Source of the DNA: Octopus bimaculoides
Lineage: Eukaryota
Length of the DNA stretch: 64,000 bases
NCBI RefSeq assembly: GCF_001194135.2
Contig: NC_068999.1
Location: 41,285,658-41,349,657, forward strand
Direction of reading: 5' to 3'
The notes beneath the pieces were generated by a model that was given only the letters and a program-made list of their open reading frames with translations, did not search any database and was not told the DNA's origin. The translations under genes and the position numbers were made by a program. Each line of letters starts with the position of its first letter. Position 1 is the first letter of the stretch. Shown here piece after piece: positions 1-14,430 of the stretch.

Positions 1-559
1 ATTTTCTGCTGAGAAATATATAAATATACAAATAATAAATAATGCGTAAGAAGTAGTAATTGAAACAAAAATTCACGACAAAAATTATATGGGTTGAGAT
101 TGAGAGTATATATCTTGTTATAAATCGAGTGTATATATCTCGTTTCCACACTCATATATGTACACACGTCCACATACTGATTTAACAGAAATGCACTTTT
201 GTAATAAAGGTTACTATTTTTATTGTTCAGAAGTTACCTTAATCGAGACGGCCTCTAATCAACGACATTCTATTAAAGATTATCCCTACATTTTTTTAAA
301 TATCTAAGACATTATCTAACAGGCCATACCCTTTATTTTGTTCCGTTGACAGCGTAATTAGATATCATGGTTATTCCCGCCCCAAAATAGAATTGATATT
401 TCCTACTTCTGCAATACTTTTTCAGCATCTCCTGTGGGTACGGTTTTCATATTCATCACCAAAAGAATCTAATTCTTGCTCTATAAATAGAAAGAAAAAA
501 AAACAAAGATAATCAGCAAAACTGTCTTCTGTGAAAAATGTCACTGGCAGTGTTTCGGC

Positions 560-1249
560 TTCTTGCAGAATAATGAGAGGTGTTTTGCAAAGCCGTGAGG
601 TAAAACCGCTTTCAGCAGTTAACGATAATAAATCTTTGAGCAGACAAATCCGCTTTTCGCGTTGAAATGGTCAATAGCAGAGTTTGGTTTGATGGAAATT
701 TAACAGCTTTTCATTTTAAACTAATCAACAACGCAGTGATCAATTTCGTTGGATCGCCAGAAAGAATTTAGTTACAGTTCTGGGTCGCTTACGTCGCTTC
801 TCTCTTCCGTGTATTTTGAATAGTACTTGTTCTGACACTGAAATATTCCTTCACACGTTGCTATATCAACTTTCCAAATATTGTGTCTTTAGAAATGACA
901 ATATTTGACAGCATAAAATAGCAGACAACACACTGATAAATATTGGTTTTTAGCTGTTAGATATCTGTTATTTGCAATTAGAAAGTCCAGACTTACGTCA
1001 GTGGAACATCTGGGGAGAATTTAGCTGTTGCTACTATCGACGATATGATGCTAGCGAATTCAATGACAGTCTTCTGTCATGCGATAGTGTTAACTCTGTA
1101 TAGTCTCTGCTAAATTTAAGCAGGAAATAAAAGCGAATTGTCATTTTATCCTACATATTTCATTGACTGGAATAAAGAAATACAAAACCGAATTAAATAA
1201 GATTTCAAGCCTCCAGTAAAGTGATTCCATTAAACTTTTTCTATCACTG
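560..1249 (+). mobile_element. Heavily decayed Tc1/mariner-superfamily transposase remnant
   Basis: Manual translation gives *ADKSAFRVEMVNSRVW (637 onward; resembles the WxDExxF...NxRxW first-Asp motif). After a frameshift, frame 729-1124 gives VFRNDN...ESPDLRQWNIWGEF (second Asp and SPDL motifs), with internal stops. A TIR-like end, ttccattaaactttttctatcactg, finishes at 1249. Confidence 0.5.
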
Positions 1250-1604
1250 GTTTCTCTTTCTTCCGTCTAATTTCCTGGTTTTTCTTCGTCGTCGTCGTCT
1301 TCTTCTTCTTCTGCTGCTATCACTACTACTACTACTACTAGTAGTAGTAGTAGTAGTAGTAGCAAACTGGCTGAAAATTTAGAGCGTCAAAAAATGCTTT
1401 TGGCGCTTTTCAAATCCTACCGAGCTCAACTTTTCTTCCATTTGGGGGAGGGGGCCTATAAGTGCGGGATCAATAGTATCGATTAAGCCCCACACCTCCA
1501 AATTATGCATTAATCAGAAAATCCGTATATTAATAATATTGGCATATTATTATTATTATTTTATTTATTGCTACTGTCAATATGGTAATTTTTTTCTCTT
1601 CCAG

Positions 1605-1689
1605 GGGACGATTTTAGCAGTAGAACCACCGATCGAAGCTTACGACCCAGACTACACTTTTAACGAAACAATCAAATTTTCTATTGATG
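1605..1689 (+). CDS. Internal exon of a cadherin-superfamily gene (EC repeat, DxD region): GTILAVEPPIEAYDPDYTFNETIKFSID
   Basis: Acceptor ttttttctcttccag ends at 1604 and donor gtaagt starts at 1690. The 85-nt exon is open in phase 0 and ends in phase 1. It encodes the cadherin-type A-x-D-x-D motif (AYDPD) followed by an I-x-F-S-I strand. Confidence 0.9.
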
Positions 1690-2978
1690 GTAAGTACTTC
1701 AATTGACATTTCTAACTTCTATACTTTCGTCTTCGACTACAATTTTCTCTATGGACCTCTTCCCTTCCCAACCTCTTCCTACTACTACTGTATTACTACA
1801 GTCTGTATATTAAGGTCTATCTATTTGACTCCGTTCTTCCCCTTAAGGTCCCTGGCCAAGTGCCAATTTTACAAATTATTTGTATTATTAAGAGAAAAAC
1901 TGGTAAAACGATGCTAATTAGTTTGCCGTGGGGAGTGGAAAGCTTAATGTTTTATGAAACTCGGTTGCTATCTAATTCCAGTTCTTTTTCTATCTTTTCT
2001 TGATGTTTACAGCTTATTTTCTCCCAAACCACCTGTCTTTGGCTCACTTTTATTTACCCTAATATCAACATACATTCTTAAGGCGCACACAAACACATAC
2101 ATACTGCTCTTGCACTTCAGACATCCACGCCAGCAAGACGTTATTATTTCTGCACTCTGATGAAAGACAAACGTCCGAAAAGTTAGACTCTCACTCTTCA
2201 CTGAAACTGAATTTAGTTAATTGTGGTAGAAATAGCAGGGCATTTTTGACCTGACCCAACAGTTAGTTCAATAAGTGAACCTTATTACATATTTTATACG
2301 ATTGATAAAATTATTCACCTTTGCTCTGTCGACGAATTGCATCTCCTTCGTACACGATAACGGGCCTGATCACACATTTCGTTAATGAAAGAGTTAGTGA
2401 GGTATTATGTATTAAATATAATAATTGGGTCGCTTCCGGTCACAGAAATAATGTGTCTGATGGAATTTATACCCTCACTTATCCGTTAAGTACAAGTCAC
2501 ACTAACAAGATTAATTCAGGAACCTTTGATTCAAAAAGGATTGGGAGACAACAGTATTAGTCGATCATATGCAGTTCAATACTTGACTGGTACTCTATTT
2601 TATCGAGACCGGAACGATGAATTTCAAAATAGACGTCGGTCGGATTTGAAATCAGAACAGAAATTATCACAACTACATTTTTCTCTCTATTTTTTGGCCG
2701 ACGCTTTACCGATTTGGCCAACCACTACTCGTAAAAGAGTAAATCAAATATGAAATACGAGATCAATAACTGATGGCCACAGGAATGATTTACTCTCAGC
2801 AGTTAGAGTGGTGGTTTTCAGTTTAAATCCCATCAAGGTTAAATTTACTTTTTACCCTACCTTGATTGCTAAAAACATACCCTTCATGTAATGACATACC
2901 GAAGACGATTTCAGCAACAAAGCATTCCCCGCATCCAATAAAAAATAATCGACATTAGAAATGAATATTTCTTTCCAG

Positions 2979-3186
2979 TTTTGGCACAAGGCCTACGCTT
3001 TTGAAGGAACGGAGCTAGTTGATTACACTGAGTCCAGTACGTCACTGGTACACTTATTGTTGGCCCGGAAAGGATGAAAGACAGCGTCCTTCTCGGTGGC
3101 ATTTGAACTCAGAATGTAAAGAGATGGAAGGAACGCTACAAAGTTGTTTATCCGGCGGTGTAACGATTCTACCAGCTTGCCACTTT
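2979..3186 (-). mobile_element. SINE-like family A copy (consensus aaggcggtgagctggcagaatcgttagc...gttctgagttcaaattcc...ggggtcgataaaataagtaccag...ggccttgtgccaaa)
   Basis: Matches many copies in the window and has a B-box-like gagttcaaattcc. More degenerate copies lie at about 1362-1510(+), 2525-2720(-), 2790-2890(+), 33320-33410(+), 49320-49460(-) and 63015-63185(-). Confidence 0.75.
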
Positions 3187-3527
3187 GTGATAAACCAATA
3201 TTAGAAATTAACTGGTGCATCTCCAAATGAAATATCTTTAGAATTTGGTTTTGCCAAAATTCCTGGCAATGGAATCTATTCATTCCATTCATGATTTTAT
3301 TGAAGTGAAGTTAGACATTAGACACTAAAAACCATTCTTAATTACGCTTCCTAGATTTATTTATTTACTTTTCTTCTTCTCCTGCCAAATTATAACTGTA
3401 AAATGTCAAGCAATGGAAACAAACGAATCACAATCCATAAAACACAAATAACAAAAAATTATTAACCCGATATGAAGCGTAATACTTATCACAGATATAT
3501 TTACTAGGTGCGTGGAAAAAAATGTCT

Positions 3528-3960
3528 AAGCATGGCTTCGTGGTTAAGAAGCTCATTCACAACCATGTGGTGTTGGATTCCAGTTCCACTGCGAGGCGTC
3601 CTGGGCCAGTGTATTCTACTATAGCTACAGGCCAAACAATGCCTTGTGAATGAATTTTGGTGGATGGAAACTGGTCGGGGCTCAATGGCTAAGACATTCG
3701 TAAGATTTTATTTGTATATAGCGTATTTGTATCCTTCAAACAGACTCCTTATTTCCCGTTGCTTTAGTCTACTCAACAACAATAAGTTGTACCTGTAATT
3801 CACAAAGGTCAGTCTTGTCACGCTGAATCTCCCCAAGGGCCATGTTAAGGGTACACGTTACTGTATATATATATATATACACACAGCGGTCTTGTACTTG
3901 TGTGTGTGTGCCTCTGTGTCATTGTGATTGCGTTCGACCACCACCTCCGCTTGGCAATCG
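3528..3960 (+). mobile_element. Family B SINE 5' half followed by a variant 3' repeat segment that also occurs at about 22960-23200 and 47550-47720
   Basis: gtggttaagaagctc...ttggattccagttccactgcgaggcgtcctgggccagtgtattctactatagc, then gtacctgtaattcacaaagg...gttaagggtacacgt. Confidence 0.65.
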
Positions 3961-4399
3961 TGTTTTCATCTACAAAATGACCTTCCTCCATATCGGGTCT
4001 AGTTTCGAGATACGTACATACATATTTCCAGGAAAAAATACACCTTTTTGTGGCATACATACGTATATACAAATGCGCGCGTAATATACGAATATATGTT
4101 GTATGTATATGTGTGTGTGTACGCGCGCATTTATCCACATGACTATATGCAGGTGTGTCTCTGTGTGAGTATGCATACGCAGTACAAATATGCATGTGTG
4201 TGTGTATCGCTATCTATGTGTCTCTAAATATATGGCACACACAAAGATTGAAAGACGAAGAGTTGCGTAGAGAGCTAAAAAGAGAACCGGGTGAATAGAT
4301 TGCTGAATGCGCAGATAAACGGATGGATGCAGTCGCGCGCACGGACATACACACACATACCTACCTATATACGGACACATAAATCTGTACATACGCATA

Positions 4400-5620
<1,221 letters not shown>

Positions 5621-7167
5621 ATACAATAATAGAACTAATAACTTTGTATTCACTTTTCTCTTTTTGTTTATTATAAATGCATAAAATGCAGTCGAAATTG
5701 TAATTCCATTGCAGAAATGGCAAACATGCCGATTCGCAGTTATTTGCAATTAGCCAATAGTGGGGGTGAGCTAATTTTTCTGGTTTAACAGAATGAAATT
5801 TGAGGAATGTAGAACTTTCTTCATCACGTTCGATCTCTCTTGATTCATGCATTTTCCCAATATTTCCCCTCTCCTTCTCACTTCTCACTCTTCCATTGTC
5901 TTACTTGCTCTCCACATGCTCACGCTTTCGTCTGATATCACTTTCTGTGAATCTCTCTAGCTATCGGCATACCTTCATATATATCTCTCATGAGATAATA
6001 TATAGGCACGCATACTCACACTATTCTTTCTCTCTCTGTATATCTATCTAGCCTCCTTCTATGCTCGTCTCTCTCTCTCTCTCTCTTTCTCTCTCCCTCT
6101 CTCTCTCCTTCTCTCACTTTCTTTCTCTTTCTCTCACTCTATGTATTTATCTTTTATACACACACACCACTCCCCCAATTTTCTACCTATCTTTAACCTA
6201 CCCGATCTATATATATGTTTACCTCTCTAGCCATTTATCTATCCGCCTAGAAATCTATAAATATATATATATATATANNNNNNNNNNNNNNNNNNNNNNN
6301 NNNNNNNNNNNNNNNNNNNNNNNNNNNNNNNNNNNNNNNNNNNNNNNNNNNNNNNNNNNNNNNNNNNNNNNNNNNNNNNNNNNNNNNNNNNNNNNNNNNN
6401 NNNNNNNNNNNNNNNNNNNNNNNNNNNNNNNNNNNNNNNNNNNNNNNNNNNNNNNNNNNNNNNNNNNNNNNNNNNNNNNNNNNNNNNNNNNNNNNNNNNN
6501 NNNNNNNNNNNNNNNNNNNNNNNNNNNNNNNNNNNNNNNNNNNNNNNNNNNNNNNNNNNNNNNNNNNNNNNNNNNNNNNNNNNNNNNNNNNNNNNNNNNN
6601 NNNNNNNNNNNNNNNNNNNNNNNNNNNNNNNNNNNNNNNNNNNNNNNNNNNNNNNNNNNNNNNNNNNNNNNNNNNNNNNNNNNNNNNNNNNNNNNNNNNN
6701 NNNNNNNNNNNNNNNNNNNNNNNNNNNNNNNNNNNNNNNNNNNNNNNNNNNNNNNNNNNNNNNNNNNNNNNNNNNNNNNNNNNNNNNNNNNNNNNNNNNN
6801 NNNNNNNNNNNNNNNNNNNNNNNNNNNNNNNNNNNNNNNNNNNNNNNNNNNNNNNNNNNNNNNNNNNNNNNNNNNNNNNNNNNNNNNNNNNNNNNNNNNN
6901 NNNNNNNNNNNNNNNNNNNNNNNNNNNNNNNNNNNNNNNNNNNNNNNNNNNNNNNNNNNNNNNNNNNNNNNNNNNNNNNNNNNNNNNNNNNNNNNNNNNN
7001 NNNNNNNNNNNNNNNNNNNNNNNNNNNNNNNNNNNNNNNNNNNNNNNNNNNNNNNNNNNNNNNNNNNNNNNNNNNNNNNNNNNNNNNNNNNNNNNNNNNN
7101 NNNNNNNNNNNNNNNNNNNNNNNNNNNNNNNNNNNNNNNNNNNNNNNNNNNNNNNNNNNNNNNNNNN

Positions 7168-7214
<47 letters not shown>

Positions 7215-8039
7215 CACAAATATATATAAATATGCTCATACATATATTGAGGTATGTGTATATATGTAATGTATGTATATGTATACGCACTATGTGGATA
7301 TGTATGTATGTATGTATGTATGTATATATTAGGGAGAGGAAGACAAACAGGGGGAAGACAGACAGATAGGAAATGTGTAGTTTTGCTTTTCAAAATCTGA
7401 ACAAATGTCTAAAAGTGGAATTCAAAAGATGAAATTTCTAAGACTAACATTGCACACACACTCACACACACACACACATACACACACACTCACTCTATCT
7501 TTCTCTCACACACACATGCAAACACACATTAACCGAGAGGTACAAGCACCAACACTAACTTTCCCACATACGCAAGTACTAACACACACACACACACACA
7601 CACCTGCTGAGACAGACACAAATACACATGCAGACACACATACATACACATGCAGACACACACAGAAATACATGAAACAAGACTCGCACATATATATATA
7701 TATATATGTATACACACACACACATACTCATATTTATACACACAGACATTAATACTCGCTAACTTTCACACACACACACACACACACACTCAAAGACATA
7801 CTGAGGCATATACAAACACAAGGGCATATACCTGNNNNNNNNNNNNNNNNNNNNNNNNNNNNNNNNNNNNNNNNNNNNNNNNNNNNNNNNNNNNNNNNNN
7901 NNNNNNNNNNNNNNNNNNNNNNNNNNNNNNNNNNNNNNNNNNNNNNNNNNNNNNNNNNNNNNNNNNNNNTCCCACATACGCAAGTACTAACACACACACA
8001 CACACACACACCAACATAATTTTCAATAGTTTACATTTG

Positions 8040-8601
8040 TTTCAGAAAATATTTCTTTTTTTTTTTTTTTGGCGGGATTATTTTTACACCATATTTGTTT
8101 TGTTGTTGTCGTTGCTGCAACTGCTGCTGCTGCTGCTGCTGCTGCTGCTATTGTTCTGGATATTGCTATTGTCTTTGCAGTTGTTCTTGTTGTTGTGATT
8201 GTACCTGCTGCTCCTGATGATGATGATGTTGTTGTTGTTGTTATTTTTCTTCTTCTTGATGTTGATGTTTCTACCGCTGTTGTTGCTCCTGCAGATATTA
8301 TTGTTGATATTTTTATTGTTGTTGTTGTCGTTGTTGTTTGTACAGTTATTGTTGTTTTTTTCTGTTAAAAGTCTGTGATATTCGCTATAAAAGTCTTTAA
8401 TGTATTTCCTGCCAGTATGAATTGGCCACAGACTCTAATATTTGGCTGAGTGTTTAGGTGGGAGTTGAGAGTGAAAAGGAGGAGGAGGAGGAGGGGGAAG
8501 ATGAGAGAAAGGGGAGGGGAAACTGGCGGAAGAGGAGAAAGAATAATGGGAGGGGAGAGAAAGAGGAAAAGAGAGTGAAAGAGGATATATATATATATAG
8601 A

Positions 8602-8649
<48 letters not shown>

Positions 8650-8700
8650 GTGTGAAAGAGGATAGAGAGACAGAAAGAGAGAGAGAGAATGCAAAGAGGG
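8040..8700. repeat. (GTT)/(GCT)/(GAT)n trinucleotide block followed by a GA-rich tract; similar blocks at 11915-12500, 38720-38940 and 60090-60520
   Basis: Directly visible imperfect trinucleotide repeats. Confidence 0.9.
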
Positions 8701-9188
8701 GAGAAGGAACGGGAATGCGAAAAGAAGAGTTACGAAATCGGCTGGAAATAATGAACGATGCGCGCGCGCGTGTGTCTGTGTGTGTGTGAGGAAGATAGTG
8801 CAATTGTATGAGACAGAGAAATTGAAGGATAATGAGAACTAGTAATGATCTACATATACCTCACAATGTGTAAAATGTGTGTATTCGTATCTATGCGTGT
8901 GTTTTCGTATACATATATATGTGTGTGTGTGTGTGTATGCCTTAATATGTCGTATAGAAGCACACATTCACACATGCATTTCCATACATGCATGTAATGT
9001 AAGATAAATGACAAATATCTTTCTATAGATATATATATGCATACACGTGTGTGTATGTATATATATATATGTGTGTGTGTGTGTGTATGAGTGTGTGCAT
9101 ATGTATCTACTCATATATATATATGTGTATGTATGCATGTATGTATGCCTATGTATGTATGCGTAAATATATGTATGCGTGTTTGCAT

Positions 9189-9748
9189 CCATGAGTTGGA
9201 CAAAATACTGAAAACACCTTGCTAATGGAAGTTATATTATTTAGTATGGAGTTGTCCAGCTTTGGCATCAATTACAGATTTCATACATCGAACAATTGAC
9301 TCATAAACGCTTTGAACTGATGTTAGAGAAATTTTGTGCTATTCCCTTAGTAAAATCTGCTCCAGTTCTCTCAGCAATGTTGGTGATGGGAAACGGTCCC
9401 TCAAGTTCAAAATGCGCCAAAACTATTCGATTGTGGTAACATGATTTTAGAAACTGGTTAGCTCGAAACTTTAATGAATTCAGCAATATTAACGACTGAT
9501 ATTCCAGCCATCTGCTCTTCCATCATTTGTCAGCTTTAGAAACCAGTTAGGTGTATCAATGTAACTTATTTAAATATAAATATCTGCTAAACAAAGAGAC
9601 AATGTTATATCATGAACCACAATGCATATATAATGCACATCAACACATATATATAGACTAGAACAGTTTCATATTTGTCATATTACCAAAAGAAAAGAAA
9701 ATAGTCAACTCAAAAGTGATATTTCCATTATTTTGTCCGTCCATTATA
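9189..9748 (-). mobile_element. Internally deleted Tc1-like DNA transposon with both TIRs
   Basis: Minus frame 9434-9237 reads TIE*FWRILNLRDRFPSPTLLRELEQILLRE*HKISLTSVQSVYESIVRCMKSVIDAKAGQLHTK*, a Tc1 transposase C-terminus pattern. Inverted ends: gttggacaaaatactgaaaacac (~9195-9217) and atttccattattttgtcc (9721-9738). Confidence 0.8.
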
Positions 9749-11304
9749 GAAACACATCATAACTTTCACATATTTACGACCGTCACTCTAAACATCGTAT
9801 GCCTAGGAAGCGGCCTCTCATATTCCACTGAACTCTATTCAAAGCTAGATACATGAGAGAGTATCAAAAAGTACAAAGTGATACTTCTTGTACTTCAAGA
9901 ATTATTAATGCATAATTCCACCAAATAGTCCCGTAGTTAGAAACAAAATGGTACTTGATGCCCACCGTAAGACGCTATTGTTACTCTGTAACAATACAAT
10001 CGTTTTCGTTCTCATAAAATCAGATTGTCATTTTCCAAAGAATTAAGATATTTAAATACACACACACACTCATATATATATATATATATATATTTCGTTT
10101 TGGGATTTTGTTTGCAAGATACTTTATGTATCTTTGTGTGTTGAAGCATATTTTGTTTCTGGGGAGAGGCATTCACTTTCAGTGCCTTACTATTTAACAC
10201 ACTCACCGGTAAAATTTCCACTCATTTACTTATTTTTATTTTTCCTAAAATTTTCGTTGCGTCTGGCAACGTAAATGAGTGGAAACTTTGCCGGTGAGTG
10301 TGTTAAATAATAAGTCACTAAAAGAGAATGACTCTCCCCAGATACAACAATATATATGTGTGTGTGTGTGATGTGTTAGTTGTCCTGCGTTGTGGTTTTT
10401 ATGGTATATTTTGTGGTTTTTATGGTATATTGACAAGTGAAGTGTCTGTGTGTGAGGAGGGTCTTTGAATGTAACGCCAAAATTGTCCATGATACGTAGA
10501 CGTGCTTGTGCAACAAAAAGTACTCAATTCCGTTTACTCTTGTTACCATTCGATCCGTCTATCTCTGTTTCTCATCTTCCACCTCTCACAATCTCTATCT
10601 CAACCCTCTCTATTTCTCACCCATATGCGTTCGTACACGCGCACACAGATGCATATGTATATGTGTACACACATTCATATACATATTGAGAGTGAATAAC
10701 AAGAAAGCTAGAGAGAGGGAGAGAGAGGGAGAGACTGTGTATGTGTGTGTGTGTGTGATTATGCCAATATTTGATTAATATGCAGGTTCGTTTCATTTTT
10801 TTTCTTTTTTTTTTGGCTCCGGTACATGAGGTTCTTTGAAGAAGCCTCTTGTATGACATCCTGTTTCTATATTGTAGCTTAAGTGCTCTTACAGCGCACA
10901 CAAACTCACAAAATACAAACACACACACGTACACACGCGTATAAGTCTTGCAGTAACAAGAATATGAACATATTGAAGTACATGCAGATGTATACACACT
11001 TTCCGTCTGTGAATTATACATGTGTGTGCGCGTGCGTGTGGACTGATATATATAATATATNNNNNNNNNNNNNNNNNNNNNNNNNNNNNNNNNNNNNNNN
11101 NNNNNNNNNNNNNNNNNNNNNNNNNNNNNNNNNNNNNNNNNNNNNNNNNNNNNNNNNNNNNNNNNNNNNNNNNNNNNNNNNNNNNNNNNNNNNNNNNNNN
11201 NNNNNNNNNNNNNNNNNNNNNNNNNNNNNNNNNNNNNNNNNNNNNNNNNNNNNNNNNNNNNNNNNNNNNNNNNNNNNNNNNNNNNNNTATATATATATAT
11301 TTTA

Positions 11305-11495
11305 CTCTTTTATTTGTTTCAGTCATTTTACTATGCCCATGCAAATCGACCCCAGAACTTATTCTTTGTAAGCCTAGTACTTATTCTATCGGCCTCTTTT
11401 GCCGAACCGCTAGCTTACGGGGGCATAAACACACCAGCATCGGTTGTCAAGCGATGTTGAGGAGACAAACACAGACACACAAACATATACACACA
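11305..11495 (-). mobile_element. Family B SINE 3' half
   Basis: gcaaatcgaccccagaacttattctttgtaagcctagtacttattctatcggcctcttttgccgaaccgct. Confidence 0.8.
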
Positions 11496-11502
11496 CAGAC
11501 AT

Positions 11503-11535
<33 letters not shown>

Positions 11536-12769
11536 ATATACATGTGTGTGTGTGTGTTACAACCTGTAAAAGACCAATACGTAGCCTGTCTGCTCTTTGT
11601 TCCTTTTCTCTTTGGAAATGCTTAATGTTTCGTTTTCTTCGACTCGCTACCAAATGTCTCAATGCCAATATTTCCAAGATTAGTTACAGGAATATCCAAA
11701 TATTATTATTCCTAATGTTTGACGAACAACACAAGACCAAGAGTTGGCACACAGGCTGCGCTCAATGTCTACCATTCTAATTCCATCTTGGAAGTAAATA
11801 TAAGATTTCTAACACAAAAGGCAAATATTAAAAGGTTACGGTGCTAGCAACTTCCTGTTCAGACATCGAAATAAACAAATATCTGGGTATATCCTGTTGG
11901 ACAATAACAGTGAGGATGGGGTGGTGGTGGTGGTGATAGTGGTGGTGGTGGTGATGGTGGTGGTGGTGGTGTGTAGTGGTGAAGATATTGGCAATGACAG
12001 CGATGGTGGTAGTGATAAGGTGATGATGACGGTGGTGGTGATAACGGGTGATGGTGACATTTAAGATGTCGGTTGTGATTATGATGGCGGCGGCGGTGGT
12101 GGCGGTTATTGTTGTTATTGTTGTTGTTGTGATGACGATATTTAAGCTGATGATGTCAATGATGATTGTGGTTACGTTCATAATGATGATGATGATGATG
12201 ACGAAGGTGCTGGCGTTAGTGCTATTGTGTTTGATGGTGGAGGTGGCGGTGAGATGGCGGTGATGATAACGATGTTCTTCTCTCTCACAATATGGCGACG
12301 ATTCTCAGGGACAAAGTAAAAATATTTACACACAATTTAATGGATTATTTCGCCATTGATTTACTAATTAGATGCATGTAATTAATACTAGTTAAATAAT
12401 ACTGAAATTGGTGGTGGAGATGATGTTGCAGGTGGTGGTAGTTGTATTCGAGGGGGTAGTGATGGTGGTCGTCGTCGTGGTGGTGGTCGTCGTCGTGTTA
12501 GTGTTCTTGCAGTGAAGATGGCGATATGGAATATTTTGAATAACGGCACAACCTCACAAATTTTTAGATGGTGTGGGGCGGGGTATAATAATATAGCTGG
12601 TAATATTATCCCCAGTACCTGACTGGTACGTTTTTCATCGATCTTGGCTAACTGAAGACTTGGGACGACTTTCGGTGAAATTAAGACAAATCAGAATTAA
12701 ATCAGAATAGTTTTCTCGATTAATTAAGAATATTTGTGTGACGTCAATTGCGAAAATGCTGTCACCCAC

Positions 12770-13256
12770 ATGAGAAGGCACGTAGCTTAGCGGTTAGGGT
12801 ATACAGCCGGACGAAATGCTTAGCAGTATTTCGGACATCACTTCGTTCTGAGTTCAAATTCCTCCGAGGTCGACTTTGCCTTTCATCCTTTCGAAATCAT
12901 CCTTTAGTAGAAATTATTGTTATTATTATTATTATTAAGGCGGTGACCTGGTTCAGTCGTTAGCACGCCAGGCAAAAAGCGTAACAGCATTTCGTCCAGT
13001 TCTATATTTAAGAGAGGAGGAATTATGTACATCATTTACATTTGACGGATATTTGTCCTCATCTTGTTTGTTGTTAACGAAGCATCTTGTTTGTTGTGTC
13101 AACAACAAACAAGATGAGGACAAATATCCGTCAAATGTAAATAATGAGCTTTTCGTCCGTCTTTACGTTCTGAGTTCAAATTCCACTGAGGAACAACTGG
13201 GGTTGACTTAATCAAATTATCTCCAAAATTGCTGGCCTGGTATCAAAATTTGAAAC
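12770..13256 (+). mobile_element. Two tandem family A SINE copies; the second (12937-13256) is interrupted by the fold-back element
   Basis: Both match the family A consensus and are joined by an (ATT)n tract. Confidence 0.75.
12998..13150. mobile_element. Palindromic fold-back element, copy 1 (centre deleted), inserted in a SINE
   Basis: The arms ...tttacatttgacggatatttgtcctcatcttgtttgttgt and acaacaaacaagatgaggacaaatatccgtcaaatgtaaa are inverted. An 8-bp duplication TTTCGTCC flanks the insert (12990-12997 and 13151-13158). The host SINE sequence resumes correctly on both sides. Confidence 0.85.
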
Positions 13257-13464
13257 GAATAAGTATGTCATGGTTCGTTGTATATTTAGATAAGTTTCCC
13301 AAGTAATTTTTAAATTGAGACATTGTCCTAATTGAGTTCTGAAACTTCGATTAACAGAAATTTCCTTTCTATGTAATCCTTGATATTAAACATCTGGCCA
13401 TTTAAATTAACCACCCCCACTATATGTCATATCGTCTCACCAAGTCTGATCACTCTAGCGTTCA

Positions 13465-14430
13465 AATGGACCTTTGCTCATTTATGTTTACACCACCTCA
13501 ACTCTATTCTCTCGCTTTTTCATAATGCTGCTATAATTTCTAACGTATAAGATCTCCAACTCTGTCTTATGCGTAAATATATATTCTTCTGTCTTAGAGC
13601 AACCAAAGACAATTTAGTTAATAGTTTCTTTCCACCTACACATATTCTGCAATTATTAAATGTATTGTGCTTCATTACATGATTTCAGTGGTTTTTAACG
13701 GCATCTCTTTGATCCTCTGATGCAATTAAGAATTCTTCCGTCTCAGTTTTGCATTCAGCGATTCACGTCCAATTCTACTGCAAGTTTTCCTCGTCTACTT
13801 CTATGTGGCTCGGTTTTACGTTTTATTTTCGTTTTGCTTTGTTTTTCGGCCATGTATCAGCGTTGCTTGTCATTATTTTAACATGGTATTCCGTCGACAC
13901 ATTTTTAGCTTACTTTTTAACTTTTTCCACAATTTCTGGTGTTTCTTGTTTCGATCTAAAAACTGTCTGTCATTTCCATTTCTATTTAGTTGTTCACTTT
14001 GTATTTTGAGTTATTGTTCTTTTCGTCTTCGATGAAGACAGAAATTAATTTTTTGTTTCGCTTGTGTTTATCATGTTTTGTAACTATTTCCATTGCCTTT
14101 TTTGTAGTTCTTCATTCGACATTCTATCTTAGATTTCTAGGTGCTTAAGACTCCTTAATCTCTGAAGTCGTAGTAAATATAATCTTTATATGTCAGATTG
14201 CCAGTGATGTATTTATTATTTTCCTTGTTTTCCTGTCTAGTCCTTCTAGATTATTTGCCCCTTTGAGAATATTATAAAAATAACTTATCACAGTGAGAAC
14301 AAGAATATCTTTGCATTTACATGTTTTAAATAATAGATCTAATGTATCTGTAATACTCCTTTCTTGTCTTTTCGTTCATTTCTGTGTACTGTACTGTCTA
14401 ATTCGGTGATTCCTAAGTGTTCTCCTCCTA
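13465..14430 (-). mobile_element. Decayed R4/Dong-type (restriction-like-endonuclease class) non-LTR retrotransposon fragment
   Basis: Minus-strand motifs appear in the expected order across frameshifts: HLGITE; KEYYRYIR; LEGLDRKTRK (14249-14221); RLYL; ETEEFLIASEDQ (~13745-13709); CRIC (13651-13640) then ETIN*IVFGC (CCHC knuckle); EYIYA*DRVG (RHD position); WCKHK*AKV. Confidence 0.8.

Noticed and set aside
420-1110. Possible antisense spliced gene (minus-strand GTAAGT donor at 996-991 and acceptor at 481)
   Set aside because: The putative upstream exon has stops in all three frames and the phases do not join. The region is better explained as a + strand Tc1/mariner remnant.
7561-8012. Identical segment of about 43 bp (cccacatacgcaagtactaacacac...) on both sides of a short gap
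   Set aside because: Most simply explained as overlapping contig ends across the gap, that is, an assembly artefact.
11828-12263. Poly-His/Thr/Val ORFs suggesting a metal-binding or membrane protein
   Set aside because: They are read-outs of (GGT)/(GAT)/(GTT)n repeats open in several frames, with no splice sites or domain motifs.
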